The notes: generated by a model not told the origin, from the letters alone. 64,000 nucleotides of DNA from Planctomycetota bacterium (GCA_965223265.1 OZ244999.1:4412188-4476187), one strand, 5' to 3'. Shown: positions 30,801 through 40,935, counted from the stretch's first letter. Made by a program: numbers and translations.

Positions 30801-33800
30801 ATGCGAAGTCCACGAGAGACCGTCTCTCTTCTCCACGTCAGCCGCGCCTCGCTTTGGATCGCAACGTTCGCTCTGGCGGCGGCAGTCGGCTGCAATGATT
30901 CGTCAAGCAGCGGCGGTGGCGGAGGGAGCGGTATGCCTCCCGGAACTCCTGGCACGGCGACGGTCTCCGTAGTTTCGGTGACACCGTCGGACGGCGCCAA
31001 CGACGTGGCGACGAGCGCGGCGGTTCAGATCGAGTTTTCCGCCGACGTCGACGCGGCGACAGTGACCGCAGCGAACTTTCAAGTTTCGGGCTCGGTGACC
31101 GGCCTCGTCGCGGGCGCATACGCCTACGACGGAACGAACTTCGTAGCCACCTTCACACCGGACGAAGAGTTCGCGTTTGGAGAGACGATCGCGGTGGACT
31201 TGACCACCGACATCAAAGCTGCCGACGGCGGCGCGTTCGACGGTTTCATGTCTAGCTTCACGATCGAGGCAAGCCCACCTCTGCCGGCGAATCTCGTCAC
31301 CATCGAGTCAGCTTCTCCAGAGCGCGCAGCGCAGGGTGTCGACGCGAATGCTGAGGTGAATGTTCTGCTGAGCGACAGCGTTGTCCCCAGCTCCGTCAAC
31401 GTCGCAACCGCGTGGCTAAACAGTAGCCTCACGGGACGCGTCGCGGCCCAGCTCGTGCTCATGGACTCGAGTCGCCGCATTCGAATGTTTCCGTCTCGGC
31501 CGTTTCGCGCCGGAGAAGTCATTACGGTACACCTTTCGGCTCTTATCGAGCCAGCCGACGCGGCTCAAGTGTTCGTCGGTGAGTCGTTTCGCTTTCGCGT
31601 CGCCTCAGCAGCTACGGATCTGACGAATGCGCGCCGATCAGTGACGAGCGCGGTCACAACCATCAAGGAACTGCTCAGCGGCGACTTCAACCTCGACGAC
31701 CACCTCGACCTCGCCTACCTGACCGACGGTGGCAGAGAGATCCACTTTCTTCTCGGCGACGGTAGTGGAGATTTCCCCGGCCGCGCTCGCGTCGGTTTCC
31801 CAATGGAGCTCCTCAGCATCGCAACAGGCGACCTTGACGTCGACGGCGATGTAGACTTCATTGTCGGCACTCTGACGGGCGTGGCGACAGCCACGAACCT
31901 CGCAGCGCAGCAGAACGTGGCGGGCGACGAAGTCCGTTTCACGCCTTCCTCGGAAGTGATCCTCGGTAGCGCGGTGCGCGGTATTGTCGCGGGCGACATC
32001 GACTTTCTGGGCGATCTCGATTACGTACTCGACACCGACGCTGGGCTCGAAGTTCGCTTGGGCTCGCTCGCCTCGAATTCCGTTCAGGTTTTGGGCGCCA
32101 GCCGCCAGGCGGCGTCGCCACTGCGCCTTGACGACCTCAACCTCGACGGTCAAGTCGACCTGGTTTACGGCGCCGCGACCGGGACGCGCCTCGCTTACCG
32201 CCTCGGTCGGTTGCCAGACGTCAACGGCGGTCAGGGTGGCAACGACGCGACGAATCCATTCGGTCCGGAACGCTCAGTCGAAATAGGCCATGGTGTTGAA
32301 GATCTGCTCGTCGAAAACCTGGACTCAAATGCAACGCCGGAAATCCTGGTACTCACGACTGCCGGTGCAACACTCGAAGGCGGCGCACTCCGAATCCTCA
32401 CGCGCAACGAAGTGGGCGGGTATGAAGTGGAGGAGCTTGTCGGTCCAGCGCCGGAGGCAGGCGGCGACGGCGACGGCCAAGGCGCCAGCCTCGACACTGG
32501 GCGCTTGGCGCTCGCCGACTTTGAGGGGGATGCGGCGCTGGATCCGATCGTCTCGAGTGCTCTGAACGAGCGCGTCGTTTGGATCCCGCATCAAAGCGGC
32601 GCGCCCCTACTCCAGCAGGGCGAAGAGCTTCTCCGTGCACCCGTCGCGCTCTCCGTCATCGCCGGCGACTTCACGGCGAACGGCGCTACAGAAATCTACG
32701 CCGCAGCTTTGAACGAGGTTCACGGACTGATCGTCCGCGATGACGTGCCGCCGCCGGCAGATACCTTTCATCTCCGCGTCGTCGGTTCCGAAGCTCGCCG
32801 GGGTCAAGCGAGTGCCGCGGCGCTGCTACGGGCAACGAGCTCATCGCCTATGGATGGATACTCGCTCATCGTCGGCTACGATCCGGCGGTGCTCTCACCG
32901 CAGAGCGCAAGTTTCGTCGGCACGGAAACCGAATCAGCGGCAGCAGACTTCACCCGGTTTCAATTGCGGGCTGGCGACAGCGCTGTGACCGTCGAAGCGG
33001 TGGTCGACGTCTCCGCGGCGGTCCGCACCATTCCCCCCATCAACGATGCTGCCCTCTGTCGACTTCTCTTCACTGTCCAACCGGATGCGGCGCTCGGCGA
33101 CTCCTCCCTGACGCTCGTGGACACGCTAGCAAGCGTACCTGCGATCTCAACGCGCTTCGTCGTGGGGAGTGATACGATCACTCCGACATTGGAAGACGGC
33201 GAGCTCACGATCGTCTCCGGCGACGAGCCAAACGGTGGTGAGAACCCGAACAAGATGCGCGCCGGCGACGCCGCGATCGCCGCGGGCACCTCGGGGCTCG
33301 TGCCAATCTTTGGCACGGCGGAGGAAAACGTCGACGCGTTCACGACGATTCTCGGCTTCGATCCCGACTTCCTCGACTTCGAAGACGTCGATCTGACCGG
33401 GTCCGCGACTGAACCGCTCAACCCTGAGTTCACGTTCCTCCGACGCGCGCCAGAAGGTGATCACTTCACGTACACCGTCATCTTTGACTTTAACCCGCCG
33501 TTCGACCGCCAAGCGATTCCGGCCGGCGACGACTTTCTCCTTTTTAGCGCTCGCTTTGCAGTCAAACGCAGCACACCAACCGGTGCCTACCCGGTAATGT
33601 TCCTCGACGGCGTCGGCGATCCCGCGCTTTTCAACATCTTTGCGTTCGGCGGTCAATCCATTCTGGTCGACACGCAAAACGGAGTGATCGAGGTGGAAGG
33701 CACTGGAGAGACATTCTTCATCCGTGGTGACGCCAACGTCGACGGCGTGGTCGACCTGGACGACTCCGGGGTGATCAACGCTTTCGTCTTCGGGGAATCG

Positions 33801-33977
33801 GACTCGGTTCCTTGCCGTGACGCCGTGGACGTCAACGACGACGGAGAACTCTCGGTCAGTGACGCAACATTCTTCCTGCGTTTCTTTCTGCAAGGCGACG
33901 TCGAGCCACCGGCGCCGTTCCCCGATCCAGGCATGGATCCGACGGAAGACTCGCTCGACTGCGAACAAGGAATCTAA
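30801..33977 (+). CDS. Secreted lipoprotein with SbsA-type Ig-like domains, FG-GAP/VCBS-like repeats, two cohesin-like modules and a C-terminal dockerin-like double repeat
   Basis: Lipobox (LAAAVGC) after a positively charged N-terminus; start at 30801 rather than the 30711 ORF start. VSVTPSDGANDVATSAAVQIEFS Ig-like domain. D.N.D...D FG-GAP-like calcium-binding motifs. C-terminal GDANVDGVVDLDD...DVNDDGELSVSDATFFLRFFL dockerin-like pair. Confidence 0.75.
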   Translation: MRSPRETVSLLHVSRASLWIATFALAAAVGCNDSSSSGGGGGSGMPPGTPGTATVSVVSVTPSDGANDVATSAAVQIEFSADVDAATVTAANFQVSGSVTGLVAGAYAYDGTNFVATFTPDEEFAFGETIAVDLTTDIKAADGGAFDGFMSSFTIEASPPLPANLVTIESASPERAAQGVDANAEVNVLLSDSVVPSSVNVATAWLNSSLTGRVAAQLVLMDSSRRIRMFPSRPFRAGEVITVHLSALIEPADAAQVFVGESFRFRVASAATDLTNARRSVTSAVTTIKELLSGDFNLDDHLDLAYLTDGGREIHFLLGDGSGDFPGRARVGFPMELLSIATGDLDVDGDVDFIVGTLTGVATATNLAAQQNVAGDEVRFTPSSEVILGSAVRGIVAGDIDFLGDLDYVLDTDAGLEVRLGSLASNSVQVLGASRQAASPLRLDDLNLDGQVDLVYGAATGTRLAYRLGRLPDVNGGQGGNDATNPFGPERSVEIGHGVEDLLVENLDSNATPEILVLTTAGATLEGGALRILTRNEVGGYEVEELVGPAPEAGGDGDGQGASLDTGRLALADFEGDAALDPIVSSALNERVVWIPHQSGAPLLQQGEELLRAPVALSVIAGDFTANGATEIYAAALNEVHGLIVRDDVPPPADTFHLRVVGSEARRGQASAAALLRATSSSPMDGYSLIVGYDPAVLSPQSASFVGTETESAAADFTRFQLRAGDSAVTVEAVVDVSAAVRTIPPINDAALCRLLFTVQPDAALGDSSLTLVDTLASVPAISTRFVVGSDTITPTLEDGELTIVSGDEPNGGENPNKMRAGDAAIAAGTSGLVPIFGTAEENVDAFTTILGFDPDFLDFEDVDLTGSATEPLNPEFTFLRRAPEGDHFTYTVIFDFNPPFDRQAIPAGDDFLLFSARFAVKRSTPTGAYPVMFLDGVGDPALFNIFAFGGQSILVDTQNGVIEVEGTGETFFIRGDANVDGVVDLDDSGVINAFVFGESDSVPCRDAVDVNDDGELSVSDATFFLRFFLQGDVEPPAPFPDPGMDPTEDSLDCEQGI

Positions 33978-34640
33978 CCGCTGCACCGAGTGCGCGGCCC
34001 TTCACATCAGCACCCTCGTCAGCGGCGCTCGCAGAACGGAAACGATGGCCTCCTCAGCACGGTTGGCGGCGATTTCATGTGCGCCGAAACGGCTCTTGGT
34101 CCGTAGCTCGCGGGAGCCAGCCTGAGGTCTCTGCGTGCGCAGTTCGCCAGCCCGAGTCGTCCCACGCCAGCGCCGGCATCCGCTCCTCCAAGTCGACCCA
34201 AAATACATCCATAACTCACTACGCAAAAATATCTTACAACTCCCCCTTGACGACAAAACGGCCTTACCTACGGCTGCTTCTCAGCGGCTCCAGTTCTGGA
34301 GGTGTGCGCCCTGCAGCAGCTTAGAACAATCTCAGAAAAACCCCTTGCGGGCCCAACCACGATCCTTTAGATTTCCCTTCCCTCGAGCACCGCTCAAAGC
34401 GACGGGCTTGGTGGGGAAAAGAAGCTTCCGAACCCGGTCAAAGTCAGGCGGACAGCCTTCGGAAACGGAGATTGTGAGGACTCGTCGTCGAACGGTCTCC
34501 GAAGCGGCAAGACGACTTGAACGACCGTGTTTGGACGCAGCTCGACGTCCCCGGCTGTGGGTCTGTAGTCAATTTCTAGGTTGACCCAGACGGTGATTTT
34601 GTCGACACAAACAAGCCAATCTGATTGAGATCCGTTCTCC

Positions 34641-34692
34641 GCCAGGTGAAGACCAGTTCATGCCGCTGGTTCTCGCCTGGCTTTTTTGTTTG
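34641..34692 (+). terminator. Intrinsic (rho-independent) terminator: GC-rich ~15-bp stem GCCAGGUGAAGACCAG/CUGGUUCUCGCCUGGC followed by UUUUUUGUUUG
   Basis: Inverted repeat 34641-34656 / 34666-34681 with a 9-nt loop, followed immediately by T6GT3 on the plus strand. No A-tract precedes it, so it is plus-strand specific. Confidence 0.55.
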
Positions 34693-34938
34693 AGGCGGAT
34701 CTTCGACCACTCGGAGACTCCGGCATTTGCGGTAGCGCCCGCTTCAGCTAGCGGTGCCCCTCGCGGAATGCCCCGGGCTGCGTTTGTTCAGACACCCCGC
34801 TGCGTAGGTCTACCTCGGGAGCGTGCGCGGCCGCCGCGACCCGGGCGAGATGACACGCTCGAGGGCCCCTCTTGGAGATCTGAGACGAGCAGAGCTCCCC
34901 GGCTGCCGGCGCAGCGGCCATGTGGCCCAGCCCGAGCT

Positions 34939-36225
34939 TCAGGACCCGCCTTCGGCCGGCTGCGCGGCTGGATCGCTCGTCGTCGGCGCGGCGTCGCCGC
35001 TGCTCGCGCCTTCGTCGGTGGGTGCCGCGCTGCCGTCACTCTCCCCGGCTGGGTCGATCTCTGTGCCCTCTTGCGGCTCTTCCCCATCCTCTGCGGGCTC
35101 CTCCGGCTCTTCCTCCTTCGGTAGGAAGTCTTCGAGTTTCTTATCCCAGCTGCCGAACTTGTATTTCAACATTCGATAGACGCGGTCGGCATTGGCCGCA
35201 TCGGAGATGCGAAAGTAGTGTCCGTCGTCTTCACCCTTGTCGTTCTTGATCGTGTCGCCAAAGGCCACTTCGAACGACAGCAACGCGCCCTCGGGCTCGT
35301 CCTTGCGGCGATACTGCATCGCAGCACGAAGCTGAGGCTGATCAAGACCGTAGGCCGCAGGTTCCTTCGGCTCGACGACATCCTCGACGCTGATGGTCTG
35401 CCCGGCATTGAGGATGCCGCGCGCTACATAAGACTGACCGCTCTCAACCTCGTGGGTCTCCGTGCCGCTCGTGACGACGAAGTACTCCTCGCGCTTCGTC
35501 TCCGGTTCACTCTTCTCCCCTTCGCCATCCTTGTCCGCGCTCGAGTCGTCCTCCGGCGCGTCGACGGGGACGTCGCGGAACCGCCGTTCCACGAGAAGGT
35601 CTTGCTGCTCAGGTCGAACGACTCGGACCGACTGAATCTCCATGTCACTCGGCAGCTTGAAGACGTCTTTTTCGATGTAGTTCTTCCCTTCAGCATCGTC
35701 CCCCCACAGACTAGCATCCGAGCGCAGGTTCGTCGCCACGCGATACGTCGCATCTTCATCATCGAAACGGACGAAAACGCGTGTGTTCGTAATGCTACCG
35801 CCGGTCGCCGTCTTACCGATCGTCATGTTGGCGAGCTGTTGACCGCCTCCATCGAACACTCGCAGCTTGCCACCTTTCTTTTCATCCACTTCGAAGTTGG
35901 CGTGAGATCCGCGCTGGTTGCCGAACTGCTCAGGGTCTTCCAACTCACCAAGCGACTTGAGGATCTTGCCGACCTTTTCGTCGTCCGCCGGGTAATTGAA
36001 CGACGATGCAACGAGCCACTGACCGCCCTCCTTCTTGAGCTCGACCTTACCTTCTCCCTTGGCGATCTCGATGCGGGCTGCGTCGTCGATCTTCGCCTCC
36101 TGCAAGCGCTGAAAGCCGGCGGAGACCTCCCCTTCGTGGGTGACGTAGGGCGTCCGATCGACGAGAAAAAATGCAACGACAAGCACGACGAGCACGACGA
36201 GCGCGCCGATGATCGATTTATTCAT
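34939..36225 (-). CDS. DUF4340 domain protein (GldG-associated), N-terminal TM anchor, acidic C-terminal tail
   Basis: MNKSIIGALVVLVVLVVAFFLV anchor and overall DUF4340 pattern. Sits immediately downstream of the GldG-like gene, as is usual for this family. Confidence 0.7.
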   Translation of the reverse strand: MNKSIIGALVVLVVLVVAFFLVDRTPYVTHEGEVSAGFQRLQEAKIDDAARIEIAKGEGKVELKKEGGQWLVASSFNYPADDEKVGKILKSLGELEDPEQFGNQRGSHANFEVDEKKGGKLRVFDGGGQQLANMTIGKTATGGSITNTRVFVRFDDEDATYRVATNLRSDASLWGDDAEGKNYIEKDVFKLPSDMEIQSVRVVRPEQQDLLVERRFRDVPVDAPEDDSSADKDGEGEKSEPETKREEYFVVTSGTETHEVESGQSYVARGILNAGQTISVEDVVEPKEPAAYGLDQPQLRAAMQYRRKDEPEGALLSFEVAFGDTIKNDKGEDDGHYFRISDAANADRVYRMLKYKFGSWDKKLEDFLPKEEEPEEPAEDGEEPQEGTEIDPAGESDGSAAPTDEGASSGDAAPTTSDPAAQPAEGGS

Positions 36226-36282
36226 GACTGCGTCAGCCTCATTCTACGAAGACGGCAGGTTTTTGATTTTCTGTTCAGCGAC

Positions 36283-38655
36283 TCACGCACCGCGGGCTTG
36301 GTGCTGTTCGATGTAGCGACGTTCATAGCCGATACTCCGGCTGCGTCGAACGAGAAAGACGACGATTCCGAAGACGGCCACGAGGACAGGGACGAGAAAG
36401 TTGAAAAAGATAATCGACTGGTACGAGTTCTCGGCGCCTGGCTTGAAGAATCGCTGCGTGAGCTGCTTGCGACGGATTGTCAGCAGACGTTCGTCCGCGC
36501 CGAACACCTCGACCGCATTGATCAGGAACGTCAGGTTGCCCTGACTGCCGCTCCCGTTGATGTACCCTGTCTTCATCATGTCGGCCGAAGAAACGAGAAG
36601 CAGTCGGCCATCGACAGGTGTGATCTCAACCTTGACCGGCACCGGCTTGGCCTCCTCGTCGCTAGCGTCGTCGGCGGCGGCGGCATCGCCTCCTCCCGCA
36701 CTGGAGTCTCCACTGTCAGCGCCTGCATCTGTGGCAGTGTCTCCCGCGCCGGCGTTTGACTCCTGCAGCAGAGCCAAATCGTCTGGATCGACAGCGTCGA
36801 GGACACCATCACCGCCGCCCGGCATACCTGGGAAGCCTCCCGGCATGCCCGGGAAACCTCCCGGCATGCCTCCGTGTGGGTTCATCCCTCCAGGAGCTCC
36901 GGCATCAGGCTCCTCGCGCCACTCGGGGGCGGGCTGCCCCTGATACTTAAACGGAAACTTGCCCTGAACCAAAATCGCCAATTTGCGGGAATCTACGAAA
37001 TCGGGAAACGTGTCCGGTTTTTCGTGAATCAAATCCTTCTGCTCACTCACCAGGCTTGGAGGTGCGCCGCGATTGAGAGGATTCTGAGCATTGGCGAACG
37101 GATTGATCGTTGCTGTCCACGACTGGTCCGACGACCTCGCCAACACTTCGGACGTGAATCCGAGCTTCTCGAAGATTGAGTCGGTCACGGCCACCCCAGT
37201 AGCCATCGGAAAAACGAGCTCATTGACACCGTTGAGCATTGAGTGACTACTCTCAAGGTGGTCACGACGTGCGAGGACGCAGGCCGCCGCCGGCACGGCA
37301 CCAGGGATCGTCATCGGTCCGATTCGCTGCAGGAGCCGGATCGTGCCGCGCTCGTTTGATGCCAACGCCTGATGCGGCAGCTCGATTCCCCAGCTTTTGA
37401 GTAGATCATCGAAGTCTGATCCTGGGCCGAACGTCGCGATCGGAACTCCCTGCTGCATCCCCTGCTGCGAGTAATCGAGGCCAAAGCGCGAGGCCAAAAA
37501 GATCGTGCTCACGCCCAAGGAAATCGCCCGGTTGATCTCGAAAACCTGGCGCGGCTCGAGCTGATCCGGCTGCGCGATCACGAGGCAAGAGAGCAGTGCG
37601 TAGTCAGCAGGCTGCACGCCGCCCGCCAGTGCCTGCTCCTTAGCGGCGTCATCGGCACGCTCGTTTTCGCGCTCCCACTTGTCCTCCTTGAGCTTGCGGA
37701 CAAGATCCTCGATCGAATCGGCTTCTTTGATTGCCACTTCACGCAAGTCAAAGAACTCACGTAAGTGGTTCCAGACCGCCTCGTAGTCGGATGGCGGCGG
37801 GCGCTGCGGCTGCATCGGATTCATCGGCGGGGCTGGAGGCTTGCGACCGTCGAAAACGGCAACCACCGGTTTCTGCTCACGCGTCAGCTTCAGGATGCGG
37901 CTAGCGAGTTCATACTCGAGGGTCTCGAGCCGGTGGTGAACCGGGATCACTTCAGGTTGCTTGTCGAGATATGAAATCTTGATCGCGGTGTAGGCTCGAA
38001 CCTGACGAAACTCTCCCGCCGTTGACTCCTGCAGCGGGATCGGAAAAATCTGTTCCTCTTCGAGCTTTTGTTTGTACTGCTCCTCGAACTGTCGCCCCAG
38101 AATCTCGCGCTCGACGTCTCCCTGCTCGCGCCCCTGACGTGCCGCCAACTTCTGAGCGGCTTCCTCACGCTGCTTACGGATTTCCTCGGCGGTCGGCGGC
38201 TGGCGCTGACTGAAGATGTCCTGAATCGTCTGGACGGGCTCCGGCTCTTCAGGCGTCTTACCGGCCTCTTTGGCCTCGTAATACGCGTCGACCTTCTCCC
38301 TCGCGTAGTTCGCCGCCTCTGCGTCGGGGTCACGGATCTCAAAGACAAGCTTACCACCCGAGATCTCGCTGAACTCTTCGAACATATCGCGCGTGTCGCG
38401 CACGACCGTCTTGAAGAAACTCGGCAGCTCCTTCCCGCTCACGTAGTAGTCGACCTTCACCTGGTCGATGAGCTCGCTCAGGATATTCTTCGTCGGCTCT
38501 GACACGGTGTAGACTTTGTCCGCGGTCAGATCAACTTTGTGACGGCTCAGCGCTCCCGATAGCGGATAGAGCAGGAGCAAGATCACCACACAGATGCAGA
38601 GAAAAAGAATGTTCCCAACGAAGAACTTCTTGCGAAAACTTTGGCTGTCAGCCAT
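36283..38655 (-). CDS. GldG-like ABC-transporter auxiliary component (ABC_transp_aux), TM helices at both ends
   Basis: N-terminal TM helix (ILFLCICVVILLLLYPLSG) plus C-terminal TM helix (IIFFNFLVPVLVAVFGIVVFLV). Large periplasmic region. Position between an ABC-2 permease gene and a DUF4340 gene. Confidence 0.75.
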   Translation of the reverse strand: MADSQSFRKKFFVGNILFLCICVVILLLLYPLSGALSRHKVDLTADKVYTVSEPTKNILSELIDQVKVDYYVSGKELPSFFKTVVRDTRDMFEEFSEISGGKLVFEIRDPDAEAANYAREKVDAYYEAKEAGKTPEEPEPVQTIQDIFSQRQPPTAEEIRKQREEAAQKLAARQGREQGDVEREILGRQFEEQYKQKLEEEQIFPIPLQESTAGEFRQVRAYTAIKISYLDKQPEVIPVHHRLETLEYELASRILKLTREQKPVVAVFDGRKPPAPPMNPMQPQRPPPSDYEAVWNHLREFFDLREVAIKEADSIEDLVRKLKEDKWERENERADDAAKEQALAGGVQPADYALLSCLVIAQPDQLEPRQVFEINRAISLGVSTIFLASRFGLDYSQQGMQQGVPIATFGPGSDFDDLLKSWGIELPHQALASNERGTIRLLQRIGPMTIPGAVPAAACVLARRDHLESSHSMLNGVNELVFPMATGVAVTDSIFEKLGFTSEVLARSSDQSWTATINPFANAQNPLNRGAPPSLVSEQKDLIHEKPDTFPDFVDSRKLAILVQGKFPFKYQGQPAPEWREEPDAGAPGGMNPHGGMPGGFPGMPGGFPGMPGGGDGVLDAVDPDDLALLQESNAGAGDTATDAGADSGDSSAGGGDAAAADDASDEEAKPVPVKVEITPVDGRLLLVSSADMMKTGYINGSGSQGNLTFLINAVEVFGADERLLTIRRKQLTQRFFKPGAENSYQSIIFFNFLVPVLVAVFGIVVFLVRRSRSIGYERRYIEQHQARGA

Positions 38656-38751
38656 GAGCCACTCCTTCGGGCATGGAACACATTCGAATGAGCTTGATTC
38701 AAGTCGCAGGCGTCGGCGATGGACCGTAGTCGTTGGTCCAGCGAGCCGGGA

Positions 38752-39477
38752 TCAATACTTACGCCATTCGACCGCGAAGTTGGTCAAAATCAGAAAGAAC
38801 GCAGTCAGACTCAAGGCGTAGACGAAGTCGACGGGGTTCAGTAGGCCACGAATGAAATTCTCGTAGTGCGGGTAGGCGCAGAACCAAGAGATCGCCGTAC
38901 CGATCCCCAGAAGCTCGTTCAGTAGATCAACGACCGTGGGGAAACCGAGCGTCACCAGGAGGGCGAGAAGCACCATACTCACCAGCAGGGCGACGATCTG
39001 ATTCTCGGTCATCGCTGAGGCCCACGAACCGACGGCGAGGTAGACCGCCGCCATGAGAAAGGCGCCGACGTAGCTGGTGAAAATCACCCCCCAATCGAGC
39101 TCAAGAACAAGGCTGATGCTGAGGGGCACGACCAAGGTCAAGAGAAGCGTCGCTGCCACGACGGTGAAGCCAGCGAAATACTTTCCGAGCACGACTTGCC
39201 AGGATCGAAACGGCAAGGTCATGAGGATTTCCATGGTTCCTGACTTCTTTTCCTCACTCCAAAGCCGCATCGTGATCGGCGGCACGAGAAGAAGGAACGC
39301 GAAGATAAGCCACTGAAAGTAAGACCGTAGGTCCGGCGACGTCTGCTGAAAAAACTGATTGATGAAGAAGAAGAGCGCTCCCATGAGCACCAGAAAGACG
39401 CAGACGAAGATGTACGCGATCGGCGAAGTAAAGTAGGACCGCACTTCGCGCCGGTAGATCGTCAGCAAGTTTCCCAT
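38752..39477 (-). CDS. ABC-2 family transporter permease (GldF-like)
   Basis: Six hydrophobic helices. N-terminal YRREVRSYFTSPIAYIF motif typical of ABC-2/GldF permeases. Confidence 0.75.
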   Translation of the reverse strand: MGNLLTIYRREVRSYFTSPIAYIFVCVFLVLMGALFFFINQFFQQTSPDLRSYFQWLIFAFLLLVPPITMRLWSEEKKSGTMEILMTLPFRSWQVVLGKYFAGFTVVAATLLLTLVVPLSISLVLELDWGVIFTSYVGAFLMAAVYLAVGSWASAMTENQIVALLVSMVLLALLVTLGFPTVVDLLNELLGIGTAISWFCAYPHYENFIRGLLNPVDFVYALSLTAFFLILTNFAVEWRKY

Positions 39478-39545
39478 GATTTCGAATGACCTCGGTTTAT
39501 CTGGCCGCCGGCACCGGGCCGCGGCGCGTTCTCTCGATGACAGGA

Positions 39546-40502
39546 TTAGGCTGCGCTAGTGCTCGGCTTAGCGTCACTCTTGGTGAGCTGGAGGTACACG
39601 TCCTCGAGGCTCCGCATCTCCGGCTCGAGCGACGCCATCTCCCAACCCGCATCTTTGGCGAGGTGAAAAACGGCACGCCCAACGTCGGCGGATTCCGCGG
39701 CGCGTACACGCACGTCGTGGAAGTCGCCGTGGTGCCCTAAGAACTCGACGGAATCAACACCGTCGAGCGCCGCAAGCTTCGCTTGGACGTCTGCCTCTGA
39801 CCCGCTGATCGAGGCGCGGAATACTTGCTGCCCGCTCGACTTGACCTGCAGCTCCTTGGGGGTGCCGTCAGCGACCAACTTGCCGTCGTTGATGATGATG
39901 ATCCGCGAGCAAACCGCGGAGATCTCCTGCAGGATGTGCGAGCTGAACAGAATCACCTTGCTCTGGCCAAGGCGCCGAAGGAGCTCGCGAATCTCGACGA
40001 TCTGGTGTGGATCAAGGCCGCTGGTCGGCTCGTCCAGAATCAGGATCGGTGGGTCGTGGATCAGGGCCTGGGCCAATCCGACGCGCTGTTTGTAACCTTT
40101 CGACAGGTGGCCGACGTTCTTCTTCATCATGCGAGCGATCTCAACCTGGTCGACGACGCGGTCGATGGCTGACTTCGCCCGTGCCCCGTCAAGACCGCGA
40201 GCGCGGCAGACAAAACGCAAGTAGTCCCCCACCTGCATGTCGGCGTAGACGGCTGTACTTTCCGGCAAGTATCCGATGTTCTGCCGCACTGCGAACGAAT
40301 CCTCAAGGACGTCGTGACCGGCGACGCTGACGCTGCCCGCGTCGGCGACGATGTAGCACGTGAGGATTTTCAGCGTCGTCGACTTGCCGGCGCCGTTCGG
40401 TCCCAGAAAGCCGAGAATCTCCCCCGGCTTGACAGAAAAGGAGACGTGATTGACGGCCACCGTGGCGCCATAGCGTTTAACGATGTCTTGGACTTCGATC
40501 AT
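39546..40502 (-). CDS. ABC transporter ATP-binding protein (GldA-like)
   Basis: Walker A GPNGAGKST, signature LSKGYKQRV, Walker B ILILDEPTSGLD. Start at 40502 (MIEVQDIV...) is preceded by GGAGAGGA; the longer ORF to 40535 is an over-extension. Confidence 0.9.
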   Translation of the reverse strand: MIEVQDIVKRYGATVAVNHVSFSVKPGEILGFLGPNGAGKSTTLKILTCYIVADAGSVSVAGHDVLEDSFAVRQNIGYLPESTAVYADMQVGDYLRFVCRARGLDGARAKSAIDRVVDQVEIARMMKKNVGHLSKGYKQRVGLAQALIHDPPILILDEPTSGLDPHQIVEIRELLRRLGQSKVILFSSHILQEISAVCSRIIIINDGKLVADGTPKELQVKSSGQQVFRASISGSEADVQAKLAALDGVDSVEFLGHHGDFHDVRVRAAESADVGRAVFHLAKDAGWEMASLEPEMRSLEDVYLQLTKSDAKPSTSAA

Positions 40503-40935
40503 GCATCCTCTCCGGCGCCACATGCGGTGACGCAAGGTCCTCCAAGGCGACGAACACCCCGGTTCACGAATGAACTCAATGAGTGCCCAAACTCAGTGCC
40601 GGCGCGCTCTTCTCACCGCTTCGGCTCGCCGTGTTTGCGACACTGGGGTAACTATCTGCTCAAAAAATCATTTCTGTACGGCCGGCCCGGCGCCTCGCTG
40701 TAACCCTTGAGAACCTCAGAGATTACTGCGCAGCGGCCGATACGATTGCCGACAACCAACGGGCGCACCCGGGCGCCTTCGAACCACGACGTCGTCCCTG
40801 GCTTGCACCGTAGTGGCGGGGGGCGAGCGGCTGGTCCCGAAAGAGCAGATGCAGCCGTTGCGGACGATTCGCGAAAAAAGCCGGCGAAACGAAAAGGTCC
40901 CTCGCTCGGGGCATCCGCCCCACCCGTCGCCGACC

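Noticed and set aside
33147-33986. 279-aa minus-strand ORF
   Set aside because: It is antisense to the 3' end of the cohesin/dockerin lipoprotein gene and has no motif.
35218-36759. 513-aa plus-strand ORF
   Set aside because: It is antisense to the DUF4340 and GldG-like genes and has no motif, so it is a shadow frame.
36817-36879. 21-bp x3 tandem repeat (CCCGGCATGCCCGGGAAACCT-like)
   Set aside because: It lies inside the GldG-like coding region and simply encodes a Gly/Pro/Met-rich low-complexity linker (PGGFPGMPGGFPGMPGG). I noted it in the ABC-operon finding and did not treat it as an independent element.
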